Below, piece after piece: positions 57,834 through 64,000 of a stretch of 64,000 bases of DNA (position 1 is its first letter; each line of letters begins with the position of its first letter). The DNA is taken from the NCBI RefSeq assembly GCF_009914755.1, contig NC_060936.1. One strand, 5' to 3'. Origin of the DNA: the human T2T-CHM13v2.0 reference genome, Homo sapiens. The notes beneath the pieces were generated by a model, which was not told the DNA's origin, made no database searches, and saw only the letters and a list, made by a program, of their open reading frames with translations. The translations under genes and the position numbers were made by a program.

Positions 57834-58410
57834 TTACATAGTATGGCATTGTAAAAATGTTTCTGTTATCCAATTTTTTCAAATATTATTAAGAATTATT
57901 TTTAGAGTATACAAAAATACCGGAGACTTGACACAGCAAGACTGACACAGCCGTTCCACAGTGGCTGAACCTTAAATTGCTTTTTGGTATAGAAATATCT
58001 GATATACTAAATCCCCATTTTTCCTCTCCCATATCTGGTCATCTAGCATCCATCCAGTTTTCTCCCCTCCAATGCATTTCATAAAAATAGAGTGCTTTTT
58101 ACATTCATTTTTGATAATACTACTTCCCTAAATTGCTGCCCATTTTTCTCAAGGTATAAATTAAGACTTTGTCAGATCATACAAGGCACTGCATGAATTT
58201 GCCCCCTATGGTTTTGTCATTCTCCTAACAAACCTCCCTATTCTCACAATGCAGTTCCAACTGCATTGGTCAGCCTCCCTCCCACACCAGGAATAGCATA
58301 TGCATCTTTCTGTCTGCCAATAATCCTACACAAGTGTTATCCTGGCTAATAACAGCCAGAATAGTAGCTAACACTTGAAAATCTTGTGCAATAGATTGAA
58401 AAATACTAAT

Positions 58411-60800
<2,390 letters not shown>

Positions 60801-60924
60801 CCAATTTAATACAACCCTGCATAATAGATCAATTAAATATAATGGCATATTTCAGATTAGAACACAGACATTTAGAGACATTAGGCAACTTACTCAATAG
60901 TCAAATGACTGGAATAGAACAAGG

Positions 60925-61232
60925 CCACTTGACTTTCCTTAGGAAGCTCCTATTCATCCTTCAGGGATCAGCTTAAATAACATCTTCTTAAAGGAAGTAT
61001 AGCTGAACCCTGAACTAAGTTAGATAAGACTATTTTATGTTCTTAAATTGCAAAATATATTTCTATTTTAAAATTAGTATTCAATATTTATTTGCAGGTT
61101 GGTTTAGTTTCCTTATGCCTCATTTTGGAATCTCAGAATTGTAATCCCTCTCTTCTTTACCTCTCTATGCCAGCTACTATTGCAGTGGTCTCCACTTAGT
61201 AAACTTCAATAAATACTTCTTGAGTAAATAAA
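60925..61232 (+). mobile_element. L2 3' fragment (apparently continues L2 at ~58010-58345)
   Basis: 'cctattcatccttcagggatcagcttaaa', ending 'caataaatacttcttgagtaaataaa'. Confidence 0.65.
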
Positions 61233-61308
61233 CTCTTGACACAGTTGTTAAATATTTCATTGAAGTGTGTGTATAAATTTGGAATTGTTGATAAAATATA
61301 TTATTATA

Positions 61309-61517
61309 CCTGATGGCTAATTTTATGTATCAACCTGACTGGGTCATGAGGTGCCCAGATATCGGGCCTTGAAACTCAGACTGGAGCTTCAGCACTGGCT
61401 TTTCTCCATGTCCAAGTTGCAGATGGCAGACCACAGAACTTCCCAGTTTCCATCATTGCATGAACCAATTTCTTATAATAAATCTCTTTTTCTCCATCTG
61501 CCTCTTTCTCATTTTAT

Positions 61518-61563
<46 letters not shown>

Positions 61564-61612
61564 ACACACATATCCTATTGGTTCTGTTTTTCTGGGGAAT
61601 CCTGACCAATAC
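61309..61612. mobile_element. MLT2 (ERVL) LTR, internally deleted, containing a (CA)n tract
   Basis: 'tgatggctaattttatgtatcaacctgactggg' ... 'tcctattggttctgttttt...ctgaccaataca'. Confidence 0.85.
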
Positions 61613-63604
61613 ACTATATATTTAAAATATTAGTTTTTCTATTTATTAAATTTTCTTTATTTGAAATTATGAAAAAAAGAAAAGTATGAATCACTAAACA
61701 TCAAAATCCTATCACAAGAAATGGCTACTTTTTTATTTCTTAGATATTTATAGAATGAAAGGCTCAGTCTAGCTATTTAAAAGTAGCATTTCTTATTAAC
61801 ACATTCTGATTATAAATAAAATGTATGTTGATATATAAAATTGAGAGGTCACGGTGTAATGGGAATTAGATTAATGCCATAAACTAGCCCTGGTCTGTGC
61901 TATGAAAAGGTATGAGATGAAGTCAGAATTTACACTATCTTTCTACATCGGTTGTTCTTAGCAAGCCAAGAAATTAATTTAAAAGTTGACTAGAATAAGT
62001 ACAAAGTCTTTAGGCCTAAGAATAAGTAAATTAAAACTTCTATTTGCAGCTGGGAGCTCTCACAAAAAATACATACCTACATGTATGAGCATGCAATCAT
62101 CTATACTAAAGATCACAATCTAAATCTATGAACCATATAAGGAAATGAACTAAAATGTGAGTTATCAAATTCAATATGCAGAAAAATTAGCTCCCCAAAC
62201 TGGAAAACACCTATATAATAACTCCAATGAATATCCTCAATTTCAATCATCTCCTAGCCTATTTATTGTTTTCTTTTTCTGAAGTTTTCTTATGTTTTCT
62301 AAAAAATGTTCTCTTTATCACTAAATCAAGATGTCATTTTGTCAATTTTGGGCTTTACTGCTTCTAAAGAACTTATAATTCTGCAGTTGCAGTTTTAGCT
62401 TTCTATTATTTTCCCTGTGATTTCTCTTGTGATTCTCTCATAATTTTCTGCTTCTTCTTTCCCAGAGGACAAATCGTCATATTATTTTGAAACTATGAAG
62501 AAGTTTCTTAAATTCATAGGAATCAAGATGCATATTCCCCCAAGTCTTTAGTGTAGTTCTCTCTTTTCATTCCTCTTTTAGTTTGTTTGTTTACCACATA
62601 TAGCTTTTTTTCCCTCCTTTATGTGTCTTTGACCAATGTACTAATCAAGCATTATTGGTATGCAGATTGGCTCAGGTGAAGGGAGGCTAAAATTACTTCC
62701 CAGATCTAAATGTAGAGAGTCATTAGATGTAGGATTCTCAGATTATTTTCTTCTTTGCCTCTTTCAGAGTGTGGCCTTCTTCTGTAGCTGCTGTAATATC
62801 CCAGTGTAGTACATAGAAGTATTAAAATCCCTACTCTCTGTAGTTGGCAGAGAGTTCCATGTTTGAAACACTGCCTGTAAAACTGTACATATTTTATTCA
62901 AGATCTTAGTTAATGCCTTCCATGTGATAAGTGATATGGATTTATTAGTAAATAGAGCAGACAAAAAGTCTGCCCTTCTGTAATATATAATCTACTTAGA
63001 AAAGTTCCCAGGATGTAACATGTTAATGCCAGTCATTCTATCTACTTCCATTTCTTACCATTGTTCTCTGAGAGTTATAAATTTAAATGGGAGTGGAAAC
63101 ATACGTAATGGAATAAAAAAGACTTTAGATGGATTAAAAAGTTGCAGCCACACAGTAGTGCATATCTATATAATTTTCCTGCTGTTTTAATCCATGAGTT
63201 TTTGAGTTTGGGACATGTACCATGTTTTATTTTGTTTCTTAATTTTGTTTGAGGGGCATCCATTTTATGAAATGAAGCCCAGTAATGCCAAAAAACAAAA
63301 CATGAATAATGCTTTACTCTTGAAATAGGTTGGTTGATTTTAGAGTTATCCATTGTTTCCCCAGATTCCTTCTTTCTTTATTATTATTATTAGATTTATT
63401 ATTTTTCCTTTCATTTTATTTATTTTATCTTAATAGTTATTTAAATGAAAGATAAAATAGATTGTGTCAGGATATTTTCCCAAACTCAATTTTAAATCAG
63501 AAGTTCTAAAGCTACATTTTCAAATAGTCTACATTTTTAAAAGCAGTATAACAGGCAATTTAAAAGTGTGCTCTCAGGAGTCAGTGTTTCATTGAGCATG
63601 TAAT

Positions 63605-63800
63605 ATTTACTGTAGTGTAGAAGCTGTGATACTTTCTTAGGTTACTTCACCTTTCTGTGACTTGGGTTCCTCTTCTGTAAAACTGAGTAATGACGCCATC
63701 CATTAATCCATTGCATAAATTAAATAATAAAATAACTTGTAGAACACTCAAAAAATTGTCAAGCGAATACCTACATTATCATTAGCAGATTACTATTATT
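63605..63800 (+). mobile_element. MIR
   Basis: 'ggttacttcacctttctgtgacttgggttcctcttctgtaaaac'. Confidence 0.65.
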
Positions 63801-64000
63801 TTTCTAATTGCAGCACAAATTCGTCAATGCAACAAATGCCTACTTTATGTTATGGAGAGTAAGTGATAGAACGCATGTATGGTACTTAGCAGAGAACCTG
63901 GGAAACAGTGATCCATGAGGGTTAACAAAAACAACAATAATGATACCATTATCATTATGTACTTTTGTATACGTGTATAAGAAAAAGAAGCAAAAGGTAA

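Overview
This is AT-rich, CpG-depleted primate (human-like) genomic DNA that looks intergenic or intronic and is dominated by transposable-element fossils. I cannot support any intact protein-coding gene. The ORFs in the track are broken L1 ORF1/ORF2 pieces, Alu read-through or low-complexity artefacts. Main content: (1) a full-length degraded L1MA-type LINE (~6267-15393) carrying two nested L1PA 3' fragments; (2) a full-length degraded L1PA7/8-type LINE (~24089-31129) carrying three Alu-derived inserts; (3) about 15 Alus; (4) MaLR/ERVL LTRs, including a two-LTR MLT1A provirus; (5) MER2, MER6 and MER33 DNA transposons, plus MIR and L2 relics; (6) a U6 snRNA pseudogene; (7) a TA-rich minisatellite. 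I found no convincing new biological system. The most unusual observation is a ~155-bp insert in L1 ORF2 that is a local copy of a neighbouring Alu's 3' end plus that Alu's unique flank, with junction microhomology. Also notable are a tandem array of perfect 30-bp palindromes and several TSD-less or rearranged L1 junctions. Subfamily names come from recalled consensus motifs, not database searches, and boundaries of old repeats are approximate.
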